64,000 nucleotides of DNA, from contig OZ241969.1 of assembly GCA_965204165.1 (NCBI GenBank), positions 888,735-952,734 of the forward strand. The letters are read 5' to 3'. Both the position numbers and the translations under genes were made by a program. Positions 37,570 to 46,489 of this stretch are shown piece after piece. The notes under the pieces are model-generated. The model ran no database searches and was not told the origin of the DNA. It was given only the letters and a program-made list of their open reading frames with translations. This DNA comes from Candidatus Poriferihabitaceae bacterium (GTDB lineage Bacteria; Pseudomonadota; Gammaproteobacteria; Arenicellales; Poriferihabitantaceae). The stretch's first letter is position 1; the number at the start of each line of letters is the position of its first letter.

Positions 37570-38892
37570 TCATTCCTCCGTGTCGGATGATTCGGGATGA
37601 TCGGGACCGGAACCGGCGTTCCGGAAGGACAGGCCGTCCGACGCGGGGCGGCGCCGGATGCGGGCGTTGGCGTGGATGTCGACCAGCGTGGCGATGCCGG
37701 CGCCCTTGCCCTGGTGGACCACGGCCAGGGGCCGGGACGGCGGGGCCGCGGGGTCGTACCGCAGGATCACGTACTCCCCGATCAGCCAGGCATCGACCTC
37801 GTAGACGCGGGCCTCGAAGTGCACGGTGCGGTCCTTCCTGACCTTGCGCCGCTTCTCGAGCAGGAACAGGTCGGCGAGGTCCATGCCGGGGTCCACGAGG
37901 CGAACCCCGGAGGCGCACAGGGCCCACTGCTCCAGCGGGGTCCGGCCGCCCAGGCCCTGGTGGGGATTGCGGTGGTACTCCCCCTCGATCCAGGCCTGCA
38001 GCTTGCCGTTGAGGGCATCGAGGCTCCGGAGGTCCTCCGGGACCAGCCCGGAGAGGAACTGCTGGCGAACCGTCCTGAGCCATCTCTCCATCTTTCCCTT
38101 CCCCGCCGGCTGGAAGGGCTTGGCGTGGATCAGTGCGGTCCCCAGCCGCGCGCAGACGATCTCCAGGGCCTTGGAGCGGTAATTGGCCCCGTTGTCGCAA
38201 TAGAGCCTGTCCGGGATGCAACGCCTCTCGATGGCCAGGCGGAACACCGGCAGGAAGGCCGCCACGCTCTCGGAGAAGGCGAAGGCCGCATGGGGGATCA
38301 CCCGGGTGGCGTCGTCCAGGAACGCGATCAGGTAGACCTTGCGGGCATGGCCCCGGCGGTCCCGGACCCGGGGGCCGTGGAGCACGTCCGACTGCCACAG
38401 CTCCCCCGCCCACTCGTAGGCGAAGCGCCGACGGTCGACGCCCCCGGGACCGTTCCCCGGCGGCGGGTCCATCAGGCCCAGCGACTTCAGCATCCGGCCC
38501 ACCGTGGACCGCGGCAGCCGGACCGACCGCGGCACCAGCCCCCGGTCATGGGCCTGCGCGATCAGCCTGCGCACGCTCAGGTGCGGCTCGGCCCGCTTCA
38601 GCCCCGCCAGCGCCTCCACCGTCTCCGGGGACAGGCGGCGCTGCCCGTGGCGATCGGCCCGCGCCTTCGGAACCAGGGCGTCGAACCCGTCCCTGCGGTA
38701 GTCCTGCAGCCAGCCCCGGATGGTCTCCGACGCCACCCGGGTGCGATCCGATCCCGGGATGTCCCACGTCCGCTCCGACAGCTCCCGGGCCTTCGGCGCC
38801 ACCTTGCCATGGGGCTCCGGCAACAGGGTCGCTATGACGCGGTACCGGAACAGCGCGATTTCGTTGGGTTCGGGGGGATTCTTGCGGCTCAT
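37570..38892 (-). CDS. DDE (rve) transposase with N-terminal HTH
   Basis: MSRKNPPEPNEIALFRYRVIATLL.... Catalytic D in WQSDVLHG, D in YCDNGANYRS, E in GKGKMERW. GGAGG SD. Confidence 0.9.
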   Translation of the reverse strand: MSRKNPPEPNEIALFRYRVIATLLPEPHGKVAPKARELSERTWDIPGSDRTRVASETIRGWLQDYRRDGFDALVPKARADRHGQRRLSPETVEALAGLKRAEPHLSVRRLIAQAHDRGLVPRSVRLPRSTVGRMLKSLGLMDPPPGNGPGGVDRRRFAYEWAGELWQSDVLHGPRVRDRRGHARKVYLIAFLDDATRVIPHAAFAFSESVAAFLPVFRLAIERRCIPDRLYCDNGANYRSKALEIVCARLGTALIHAKPFQPAGKGKMERWLRTVRQQFLSGLVPEDLRSLDALNGKLQAWIEGEYHRNPHQGLGGRTPLEQWALCASGVRLVDPGMDLADLFLLEKRRKVRKDRTVHFEARVYEVDAWLIGEYVILRYDPAAPPSRPLAVVHQGKGAGIATLVDIHANARIRRRPASDGLSFRNAGSGPDHPESSDTEE

Positions 38893-39566
38893 GGCGGTCC
38901 TCCATGGGGTCCGGATGGTTGTGGGACCGATTCTGATCCCCCAGCCGACCCCGAACCATGGCCGTTTCCTGTTGGCGGCCCCCTCGATGGATTCCAGCGC
39001 CGCGGCGGCAGACGGAATCCAACAGGAAACGTGATCGAGCCCAGCTGCCCGTGACAGTGCGCCCGAAGGTCCCGGAGCGCCGTCTGCGAATCCAGCCGGG
39101 CGCGCAGGTCCGCCAGCGTCGGCTTCATGCCGAAGAACCGCGGATGAAGGCCGGGCAGCATCCGCAGCAGGTCCTCCATCCACCCGCACCGCCGGCGCAC
39201 CAGCCGCCATGGAATCACCGGATCCACATGGGAGTCAAAAAAGAAACGGACCGCCGCCATCTTCCCGGACGCCTCGGCCACCACCGCGATCTCCTCGATC
39301 GCCTCCAGGGTCCCGCGCACCCCGCACGCCAGACAGTCGGGCAGCGCGCTGAACGTGGTGTGGCAGAACGCGCAGTACCACCGCCTCACCCGCATCCCCG
39401 CCGGCTCCACCCGTTCGTAGGTCCCGTGCCCGCACATCCCGCATCCCGCCCCCAGGCCCAGAAGGCACGGCGGGGGGCTTGCCTCCCGCCAGCCCTCCCG
39501 GATAACATACTCCTCAGCGGTCAGTCCCGTTTTATGTCGAAGTTGAATGGGCCCTCCACCGCTCAC
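38889..39566 (-). CDS. hypothetical Cys-rich (zinc-ribbon) protein, first gene of the transposon operon
   Basis: GTG start. CGMCGHG...RRWYCAFCHTTFSALPDCLA. The stop overlaps the transposase ATG (ATGA). Confidence 0.5.
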   Translation of the reverse strand: MSGGGPIQLRHKTGLTAEEYVIREGWREASPPPCLLGLGAGCGMCGHGTYERVEPAGMRVRRWYCAFCHTTFSALPDCLACGVRGTLEAIEEIAVVAEASGKMAAVRFFFDSHVDPVIPWRLVRRRCGWMEDLLRMLPGLHPRFFGMKPTLADLRARLDSQTALRDLRAHCHGQLGSITFPVGFRLPPRRWNPSRGPPTGNGHGSGSAGGSESVPQPSGPHGGPP

Positions 39567-40084
39567 GGCCCGGCGATCGCCATCGCGCGGGCCACTTTCT
39601 TTTTTGATTCACCCGAAACCCACGGCGGTCACCGCCGGCCGGGATGAACAGGGGAAAACCGTCACGGCGCCAACGTCGGCACCATGACGGCTGCTCGAAT
39701 CCCGCTGCTCGAAAGGGGCTGCCGGAAAACAGCTGCCCGGAAGAAAAGCGTCCCGCTTTATATCAGATAGTGCACCACCCCGGCACGGAACAGTCCGGGT
39801 CAAAAACCATCATCCATGACGGTTTAATCAGGGACGTAACAACAGCCAGCGTTCCGGATCGTCCAGCCGCCGCGGTATCACATGTCTTTCCTGCTCGTTC
39901 ATTTTTTTTGTGCATCGGTTGTTGGCGCAAAGGGTCCCCCTGGAGCCGGACGGCTCCCTTGCCGAAGCAATGGTCAGGGGGGTTAGTCGGGATCGGACGG
40001 TTCCGGATTCCGGTGGGAGCCCGGAAGGCGCCGATCCCGTTTCTTCAGAACATCAGAATTTCCCGAAACGCCGAATCTGACGCT

Positions 40085-40486
40085 TTAAATAATTGCGGTG
40101 CCGACCAGGCCGGTGACGATGCCTACGCCCGCGCCCGCGGCGACGCCCACGCCCACGGCGCCCATGAGCTGCATGGCGTTGAACCTGAGCACCGAGCCCA
40201 CCAGGGCGGCGCCCACCGCCAGGGCCGCGGCAAGCTGCCCGCCGGTGCCCTCCACGATGTCCTCCACCGTATTGAGCGGACCCTGGAAGGTCGTGTCACT
40301 GGATGCACCCGCCATTTCCGGGACAGCCGTCGCAGCCATCAGGGCCGCCAGGGCAACGGACATGGTTCTGGCAGTCGTTACGATACCGACCCTTGCCGTA
40401 TCGGCCGTTACCGCGTACCCGATCCGCCTTCTGGCTGACCGATCCCCCAGACTCATGCCCAGACCGCGTGATTCGACGATCTCCAT
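40085..40486 (-). CDS. small membrane protein, pilin- or coat-like (long leader plus two hydrophobic segments)
   Basis: GGGAGGA SD before ATG 40486. ...MSVALAALMAATAVPEMA|GASSDTTFQGPLNTVEDIVEGTGGQLAAALAVGAALVGSVL...GAVGVGVAAGAGVGIVTGLVGTAII. An alternative start at 40363 gives 92 aa. Confidence 0.5.
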   Translation of the reverse strand: MEIVESRGLGMSLGDRSARRRIGYAVTADTARVGIVTTARTMSVALAALMAATAVPEMAGASSDTTFQGPLNTVEDIVEGTGGQLAAALAVGAALVGSVLRFNAMQLMGAVGVGVAAGAGVGIVTGLVGTAII

Positions 40487-40491
40487 CCCAG

Positions 40492-41313
40492 TCAGTCCTC
40501 CCGCCTGGAAGCGGAAGAGGAGGGATGGCGGTCGTCGGAGGTCGAGCGCATCCGGCGCGCCGCCGCCCAAGTCTCCAGGTCCTCCCGCCGGTACCGGATG
40601 CGGCTGCCGAAACGGTAGAACTCCGGACCCTCCCCCGTCACCCGGTAGCGGTCCAGGGTCCGGGGCGAAAGCCCCAGGAAGGCCGCCGCCAGCGTCGTGC
40701 TGAGGTACTCGGTCCCGTGCGGCCCCGTCCCGTTTCCGTTCAGGTTGCCGTTCATCCGGTCATGCGTGTTTTCTTTCATCTTCATGTTGTTGAGTTGGTT
40801 GCTGTTGGTATTGATCGGTTTGCAGGCGGTCCCGCCTCCCTTGCCGGCGAAACCCTCCGCCGGCGTCCCGTTCCGGGTCCCGCAGGCCCCGACCTCCTTC
40901 CCGTCCATGTTCCCGGCCAGGGCCCGGACGGCTTCCCGCTCGGCCTCGCTGGCATGGGCCGTCATCCACGACAGGACCCTCTCCACCGTGGTCAGCTTCG
41001 GCGCGCTTCCGCCGTTCAGCCGCGTCACGAAGGACGGGTTCGCCATCGCGTATTCGCCGAGGACGTAGGGCTTCATCCCCGTCACCGCCACGAACGCCTC
41101 CATCTGGCTGCGGAAGGCCGGGCCGATGGGGCGCTCCCCCATGAAGGCCAGCAGCCTGTCCGCCGTGTCCAGCCGGGGCACGCGCCCGCCTTTCAGCCTG
41201 TGCACGAACGAAGGGTCGCCGAGGACCCGCCGCCCGAGGCTCGTGGGGGCCATCCCGGTCCGTGCCAGGAATCGCTCCACGGCGCGGAGGAGGTATGTCG
41301 TGGGGTCGTTCAT
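40492..41313 (-). CDS. DNA-binding protein with C-terminal excisionase/MerR-type HTH
   Basis: Two internal repeats (G..P..LG......PSFV.RL.GG..P.L.T..R.L..M). C-terminal YLSTTLAAAFLGLSPRTLDRYRVTGEGPEFYRFGSRIRYRREDLETWAAARR. Confidence 0.65.
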   Translation of the reverse strand: MNDPTTYLLRAVERFLARTGMAPTSLGRRVLGDPSFVHRLKGGRVPRLDTADRLLAFMGERPIGPAFRSQMEAFVAVTGMKPYVLGEYAMANPSFVTRLNGGSAPKLTTVERVLSWMTAHASEAEREAVRALAGNMDGKEVGACGTRNGTPAEGFAGKGGGTACKPINTNSNQLNNMKMKENTHDRMNGNLNGNGTGPHGTEYLSTTLAAAFLGLSPRTLDRYRVTGEGPEFYRFGSRIRYRREDLETWAAARRMRSTSDDRHPSSSASRRED

Positions 41314-41406
41314 GGCGGCGTAACATATCGAAAGAAATAATCGTTGACAATAGTAATATTTAGTCAATACACTACATCCAACGTCAATCATGCGAATGCG
41401 CCTCCC
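41314..41406. promoter_or_regulatory. divergent promoter/operator region
   Basis: AT-rich 93 bp between divergent genes. Palindrome TTGAC-N14-GTCAA at 41344-41367. TTGACA (41344-41349) with TACACT 18 nt downstream. Confidence 0.5.
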
Positions 41407-42240
41407 ATGAACGGAAACGACAGCGGAAAGCACCCCGTGGCAGTCACGGCAACGGACGGGAAACGGAATCCCGGCATGCCCGGAAAGGCCGGCGGCGGCG
41501 ATGGAAAGCCGGACGACCCGGTGCGGGCGCGGATTCCGGCCCTGCTCTGGAAGAACGGGCTCAGCATGAAGAAGGCCTCCACGGCGATGGGGCGCCACGG
41601 CAGCTTCCTGCACCAGTTCATCTCGAAGGGGACGCCCAAGGTGCTCGCCTACCGGGACGCGGAGAGGCTGGCCGCACTCCTCGGCTGCCAGCCGACGGAC
41701 CTGCACCATGACGAGCTTCCCCCGCGGCGAAAGCCGGTCTCGGCGCAGACGGTGGCCGGCGCCCGTGCGCCGGGCGGAACGAAGGCGGGGATGCCCGAAT
41801 ACCCGGATAACCCGGAAAACCTGGTCGGAGTCCCCGAGATGGCCATCGAGGCCTCGGCTGGCCCCGGGGCCTTCATCGACCATTACCTGCCGGAGACGGC
41901 CCGGTGGTTCCTGCCGGACAGCATGGTTCGCCACGAGGGGAACGCCGACCCGGCGTCCCTGCGCATCCTTCGCGTGCGGGGCGAGTCCATGGAACCGGAG
42001 CTGTCGGACGGGGACCGCCTGGTGGTGGAAATCTCCCGCACCGTGCCGGTGACCGGCGAGCTCTGCGTCCTGTGGGACGGCAACGGCCTAGTGGTCAAGC
42101 GGATCGAGCATCTGCCGGGCGCGGACGGGCCCCCGGCCGTGAGGCTCAAGTCCGCGAATCCCGACTACGCCGACTACGAATGCCTGGCGCAGGATCTCCA
42201 TGTCTCCGGACGCGTGCTCTGGAGCATCCGGAAAATGTGA
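41407..42240 (+). CDS. CI/LexA-like repressor (HTH plus S24 peptidase domain)
   Basis: C-terminal RVRGESMEPELSDGDRLVV...LVVKRI carries the Ser/Lys dyad motifs of S24 peptidases. The N-terminal part LSMKKASTAMGRHGSFLHQFI is HTH-like. Confidence 0.85.
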   Translation: MNGNDSGKHPVAVTATDGKRNPGMPGKAGGGDGKPDDPVRARIPALLWKNGLSMKKASTAMGRHGSFLHQFISKGTPKVLAYRDAERLAALLGCQPTDLHHDELPPRRKPVSAQTVAGARAPGGTKAGMPEYPDNPENLVGVPEMAIEASAGPGAFIDHYLPETARWFLPDSMVRHEGNADPASLRILRVRGESMEPELSDGDRLVVEISRTVPVTGELCVLWDGNGLVVKRIEHLPGADGPPAVRLKSANPDYADYECLAQDLHVSGRVLWSIRKM

Positions 42241-42927
42241 GCGCGGACCCGGCGGCTGGTTGCAGCTGGGTCCACGTCAATATTGCCGCCCCCGGAGGCC
42301 CGCCTGAACGGCCCGGCGGGGCTTGCGGGAACCTCGTGCCGGTTCAGCGGTTATCCAGGCTGCTGAAGTGCGTTGGGGTCGCCTTCACACCCCGTTCGTG
42401 GCTTTCCTGGAGTATTCCTTATTTTTCAATAAGATAAATTTGTCATTGTCTGAGGGCGCAATCAAAATGAAACCGACTTGCTTCAATTCTGCGACATCGG
42501 CAGCGTATTGGCGTCGCAATCGTTCCCAACTTGATGCCGAAATTATTAAAACTGGATTTTCAACTGAAAATTGATATCAATCCCGCTGAATTGATTGACT
42601 CGTCACTGTCATATCTTCATGAAAACCTGTAGCAACTATCGCATCAAACACTCCAGTTCAATCTAGAAGAACTACCCCTGACACACCGATTGACTGCCAA
42701 GAAAATCTTCCACCAACACCCCCCACGGGTATGTTGCTCAAACTGGCTCTTTCCATGATGTGAATCTGGCATGGCCCCTGAACAGTCTTGAACAAAGTAG
42801 GTGAATTGTCACAAGGCATGAATTGAATTTCACCGATGACAGTTATTGTGCGTACGGTGGAGGAAACCACCACCAGGTTCACTGGAGTTACGCTAAAATT
42901 ACCTATTCTGGTGAATAGCCTGTGATC

Positions 42928-44115
42928 ATGACATCCTCAGTTGTTTACTCCATCTCTGCTGATATGAGCCGGCTCTCGAAAGCCTTAAACGCATCGCCTG
43001 TCGTTGCCGACATGGCCCGGCTGTCAAAAACCTTGAACGCATCACCTTTCTTTGACGACCTGAGCCGGGCCTCGAAAGCCCTATATTCATCGTCTGCTGT
43101 TGCTAACATGGCCCGGTTGTCAAAAACCTTGAACACATCGCCTTTCTTTGACGACCTGAGCCGGGCCTCAAGAGCCCTATATTCATCGTCTGTTGTTGCT
43201 GACATGGCCCGGTTGTCAAAAGCCTTAGATACATCACCTCTCTTTGACGGCCTGAACCGGGCCTCGAAAGCCCTATACGCATCGTCTGTTGTTGCTGACA
43301 TGACCCGGTTGTCAAAAACCTTGAGCACATCGCCTTTCACCGCTGAATTAAATCGAGTCTCGCGCGCCACCACCGCCTTAGAACAAGTCTCCAAGCTTGA
43401 ATTTCCTACGTATGGCTTGATTGGTGAAACTACTCAGCACTTTGATGCGAACATCAGAACCAGAGCACACCGCCCTGCCATCCATTCACGATCGGTCAAA
43501 ACGATTAATGAAACACCAGATTATGGAGACAATCCTGAGTCAAATCATTTTGTACAGAATGACCGTGGCACCACTGGTCTCTTGATCACACCTGATTCAG
43601 GTAATTCCCTGTCAATCCAGGTCGGTTTCTCCGTTTCTCTTGGTTCAATACCAATTCCCCAGGCTATCGAGGCCATAAACCCTGAAGTCACTTCTGATCC
43701 TCAATACTGGCGGATTTTGGTCACACTGGAACAACATCTCCGTTCTTTTGTACAACGAAGTCTGAAAAAATCAGTCGGTAACAATTGGATCCGACAAAGA
43801 GTACCGGAAGATGTACGAAAAAATTGGGCAACTCGGCAAAATGAAGATCGTGTTTTAAGTAAACCGGTTTACGAACTTATTCAGTATGCTGATTTCATGG
43901 ACTTGGAAAAAATAATAAACCGAAATGACAACTGGCAAGAAGTTTTCAAACATGTCTTTCGAAACCGCGATGACATTAGAGTAACTTTTGCCCGTCTCCA
44001 TCCCATACGAAATGCCATTGCCCATGGCCGACCCTTAGATTCTGACGACACTCTATCGTTGATCAATGAAGCCGCCCGGATATTTCATTCATTGTGTTTG
44101 AAAGAATTGCATTGA
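42928..44115 (+). CDS. repeat-containing protein with C-terminal Swt1-like HEPN domain
   Basis: The N-terminus has about 9 tandem 16-17 aa units (D[ML][AS]R[LA]SK[AT]L[NY].S...). The C-terminus WRILVTLEQHLRSFV...NNWIRQRVP...FMDLEKII...ARLHPIRNAIAHGRPL contains an R-x4-H HEPN motif. Low-GC codon usage. Confidence 0.75.
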   Translation: MTSSVVYSISADMSRLSKALNASPVVADMARLSKTLNASPFFDDLSRASKALYSSSAVANMARLSKTLNTSPFFDDLSRASRALYSSSVVADMARLSKALDTSPLFDGLNRASKALYASSVVADMTRLSKTLSTSPFTAELNRVSRATTALEQVSKLEFPTYGLIGETTQHFDANIRTRAHRPAIHSRSVKTINETPDYGDNPESNHFVQNDRGTTGLLITPDSGNSLSIQVGFSVSLGSIPIPQAIEAINPEVTSDPQYWRILVTLEQHLRSFVQRSLKKSVGNNWIRQRVPEDVRKNWATRQNEDRVLSKPVYELIQYADFMDLEKIINRNDNWQEVFKHVFRNRDDIRVTFARLHPIRNAIAHGRPLDSDDTLSLINEAARIFHSLCLKELH

Positions 44116-44476
44116 CGCATTGTTTCTACCGGCATCTGTCTACTACAGTTGAAATAACTGACATGGACGTGCCAGCTCCAGGCATTTTATCCACCGACAC
44201 TTCGCACTAACGCTAAGTCCAGACTCTAAATTCTGAAACAGAGTAGTTCATCGCGTGGCTACCTCTACAAAATGTGCGAAAGAAAATTGACGTATTCCCC
44301 CGCACGTCGTTTCCAGAATTTTTTTGATTGGCTCTTCCCCAAATCGAGTGGGTAGATTCTTCGTTGACGGGTTCGGAATGGAGGTTCAATTCGCTGAGGA
44401 GGAAGTAGATCGCGAATTTCAATGTAAATTTGCTGTCACCTCCAAGCTCTGAAAGTAAATCGCCCAGCTGCTTAAG

Positions 44477-44689
44477 ATGTCCGATAACAGTCCTGTGACA
44501 CCGCGAATGCTGTTGGAGTGGCTCGTCGAAAACGCCATGGATTTCGTCACCCGCTCCATCAATGAATTCGATGATGACCCCAAGTATTCCGTCATTCATT
44601 TCTATTCGGCCGTGGAACTCTTTCTGAAGGCCCGTCTCCTGGCAGAGCATTGGTCGTTGGTTGTATCAACTGGGAAAACTCCTGATTAA
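44477..44689 (+). pseudogene. HEPN/zinc-ribbon protein, N-terminal part (interrupted by IS110-type element)
   Basis: MSDNSPVTPRMLLEWLVENAMDFVTRSINEFDDDPKYSVIHFYSAVELFLKARLLAEHWSLVVS, then the frame runs into high-GC foreign DNA and stops. Confidence 0.65.
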
Positions 44690-46489
44690 TGGTATGACCC
44701 GCCTCACCCTCGGGGGGTAGCAAACTGCAACCAACTCCGATCGACGATGAGCCATACAGCAACACCACCGGCATCCCGCACACGCCTGTCAGGCGGGACC
44801 GCGGAACGGAATGCAGCCGGATCGCGGAGGCGCGCGATGCCGGGACAGCGCAGCCCGTCGGGTTGCCGGTCTGCAAGCAAAGCGGTGATCAGGGGGTATC
44901 CTTCCAGGGGCGGTTTTCTCTTCACCCCGAAACCCGCTACAGTGAGCGCTCCGTTGCGTTGTGGCGCCGGGGGACGGGTGATCCGGAAGAGAAGAGAGGC
45001 CATGGTCCATCCCTGTCGGATACGGCTTCTGGGAGCCCCAATGATCTGTACATCATTCACACACTCGAGGAATGAACCATGACCAAGACGAAACATACCA
45101 CGAAACCCCGATCCGTTCCCGCCTTCATTGGCATCGACCTGGCGAAGAACTCGGTCCATGTCCACGGCGTCGACGCATCGGGCCGCAGCTGCGTTGACCG
45201 GAAGCTGAAGCCGGCGAAGCTGAAGGAATACCTGGCCAACCTGGCACCCTGCGTGGTGGGCATGGAGGCCTGCGGCCGGGCCCACCAGTGGGGCCGGGAC
45301 GTTCTGGCCATGGGGCATGAGGCGAAGCTCATGGCCCCTCAGTTCGTCAAGCCTTACGTCAAGACCAACAAGAACGACCGGGCGGACGCCGCGGCGATCT
45401 GCGAGGCGGTCCAGCGCCCGAACATGCGCTTCGTGGGGATCAAGAGCGCGGACCGTCAGGCGCAGCAGGCCATCCACCGGGTCCGGTCCCGGGCGGTTGG
45501 CAACCGGACGGCCCACGCGAACGCGGTCCGCGGCCTGCTGGCCGAATTCGGCATCGAGATTCCCCTGGGCATCTGGAAGGTCCGGCCGGCGGTGGCGGAG
45601 ATCCTGGGGAACGGCGGTACTTCTGACATCACCCTGCCTCCCCGGTTTCTGGACGTGCTGGCCGAGCTGTACGACGAGTTGGTGCACATGGACGGGCGGG
45701 TGGAGAAATACAACCGGATGATCGAGGAGATTGCCCAGTCGGACGAGCAGGCACAACTGCTGATGACGATCCCCGGAGTGGGTCCGATGACGGCCACTGC
45801 GCTGCTGTCCACCATGGGCGACCCAGGTATGTTCCGGAACGGTCGGGAATGCGCGGCCTGGCTCGGCCTGGTGCCGGGGCAGCGTTCGACCGGCGGCAAG
45901 GACCGGCTGCTGGGGATATCGAAACGGGGCGACCGGTATCTGCGCTGCCTGGTGGTCCATGGGGCGCGGACGATGGTCAATCAGCTTTCCCGGAAGGAGA
46001 AGACGGATCGTCGAAGCCAGTGGCTGAAGGGTTTGCTGGAGCGGCGTCACCGGAACGTGGCGACGGTGGCGCTGGCGAACCGGATGGTGCGGACCGCGTG
46101 GGCGGTGCTGACGTCCGGCATGCCGTACGAAGAGAATCATGTGCCTGCCTGAGGGCAGGCCAGTGGAGGATCGGGAACCTGGTTCCGGATTCCAAATATC
46201 AACCTGACATTAGAGTAGAACAGTTACCCACCAGGGTTGCTTGAGAGCAATTGATCGTGATGGCAGAAAAGGCAAATCGCCGGCGTGAGAACCTGTGTTT
46301 TCCAAAGACCCGATCCATAGAGCACCTGACGGTGTACTGTGTAGAGGTCGCTAGATTGATAAGGACACGCCGGCGCGCATTCCATCAGGGCCAGGGGCAT
46401 AGAGATCCCCATCGAAAGGTCGGATATATGGCAGCAGCCCGTCACTTCCGGATCGACGATTGTTCTTGCATACCGGGGCGGGTCATATA
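44672..46489 (+). mobile_element. IS110-family element inserted in the HEPN gene (boundaries approximate)
   Basis: Abrupt GC rise near 44695. Transposase at 45079-46152. TGGGAAAA is present at 44671-44678 and 46490-46497, flanking the insert. About 400 nt of noncoding DNA lies 5' of the gene and about 340 nt lies 3'. Confidence 0.7.
45079..46152 (+). CDS. IS110 family transposase
   Basis: 357 aa. FIGIDLAKNSVHVHG...GMEACGRAHQWGR N-terminal DEDD domain. C-terminal TIPGVGPMTATALLSTMGDPGMFRNGRECAAWLGLVPGQRSTGGKDRLLGISKRGDRYLR. Confidence 0.95.
   Translation: MTKTKHTTKPRSVPAFIGIDLAKNSVHVHGVDASGRSCVDRKLKPAKLKEYLANLAPCVVGMEACGRAHQWGRDVLAMGHEAKLMAPQFVKPYVKTNKNDRADAAAICEAVQRPNMRFVGIKSADRQAQQAIHRVRSRAVGNRTAHANAVRGLLAEFGIEIPLGIWKVRPAVAEILGNGGTSDITLPPRFLDVLAELYDELVHMDGRVEKYNRMIEEIAQSDEQAQLLMTIPGVGPMTATALLSTMGDPGMFRNGRECAAWLGLVPGQRSTGGKDRLLGISKRGDRYLRCLVVHGARTMVNQLSRKEKTDRRSQWLKGLLERRHRNVATVALANRMVRTAWAVLTSGMPYEENHVPA

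Larger units (their letters stand above)
35737..39841 (-). mobile_element. Mu/Tn7/Tn552-superfamily transposon (DDE transposase, AAA+ partner, Toprim protein, Zn-ribbon protein); right boundary tentative
   Basis: Left terminus TGTTAGGACTC... starts exactly where autotransporter homology ends, with CCCGGATTAT subterminal repeats. The candidate other terminus, read as reverse complement, is TGTTACGTCCC... at 39841, with a similar CTTCC(C/G)GGCAG motif. Four genes show ATGA start/stop overlaps. Confidence 0.65.

Noticed and set aside
39644-40438. 264-aa plus-strand ORF spanning the gap after the transposon.
   Set aside because: It overlaps the better-supported minus-strand membrane-protein gene, has no SD, and has an arbitrary Arg/Pro-rich composition.
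42658-42882. 74-aa minus-strand ORF in the noncoding stretch before the first HEPN gene.
   Set aside because: It has a GTG start without an SD and no recognisable motif. The region remains flagged as unexplained inside the HEPN-island finding.
44213-44650. 145-aa minus-strand ORF in the low-GC island.
   Set aside because: Its 5' half overlaps the plus-strand HEPN N-terminal segment, which has a far more protein-like helical sequence. There is no SD or start context. The 360 bp at 44116-44476 is left unassigned.
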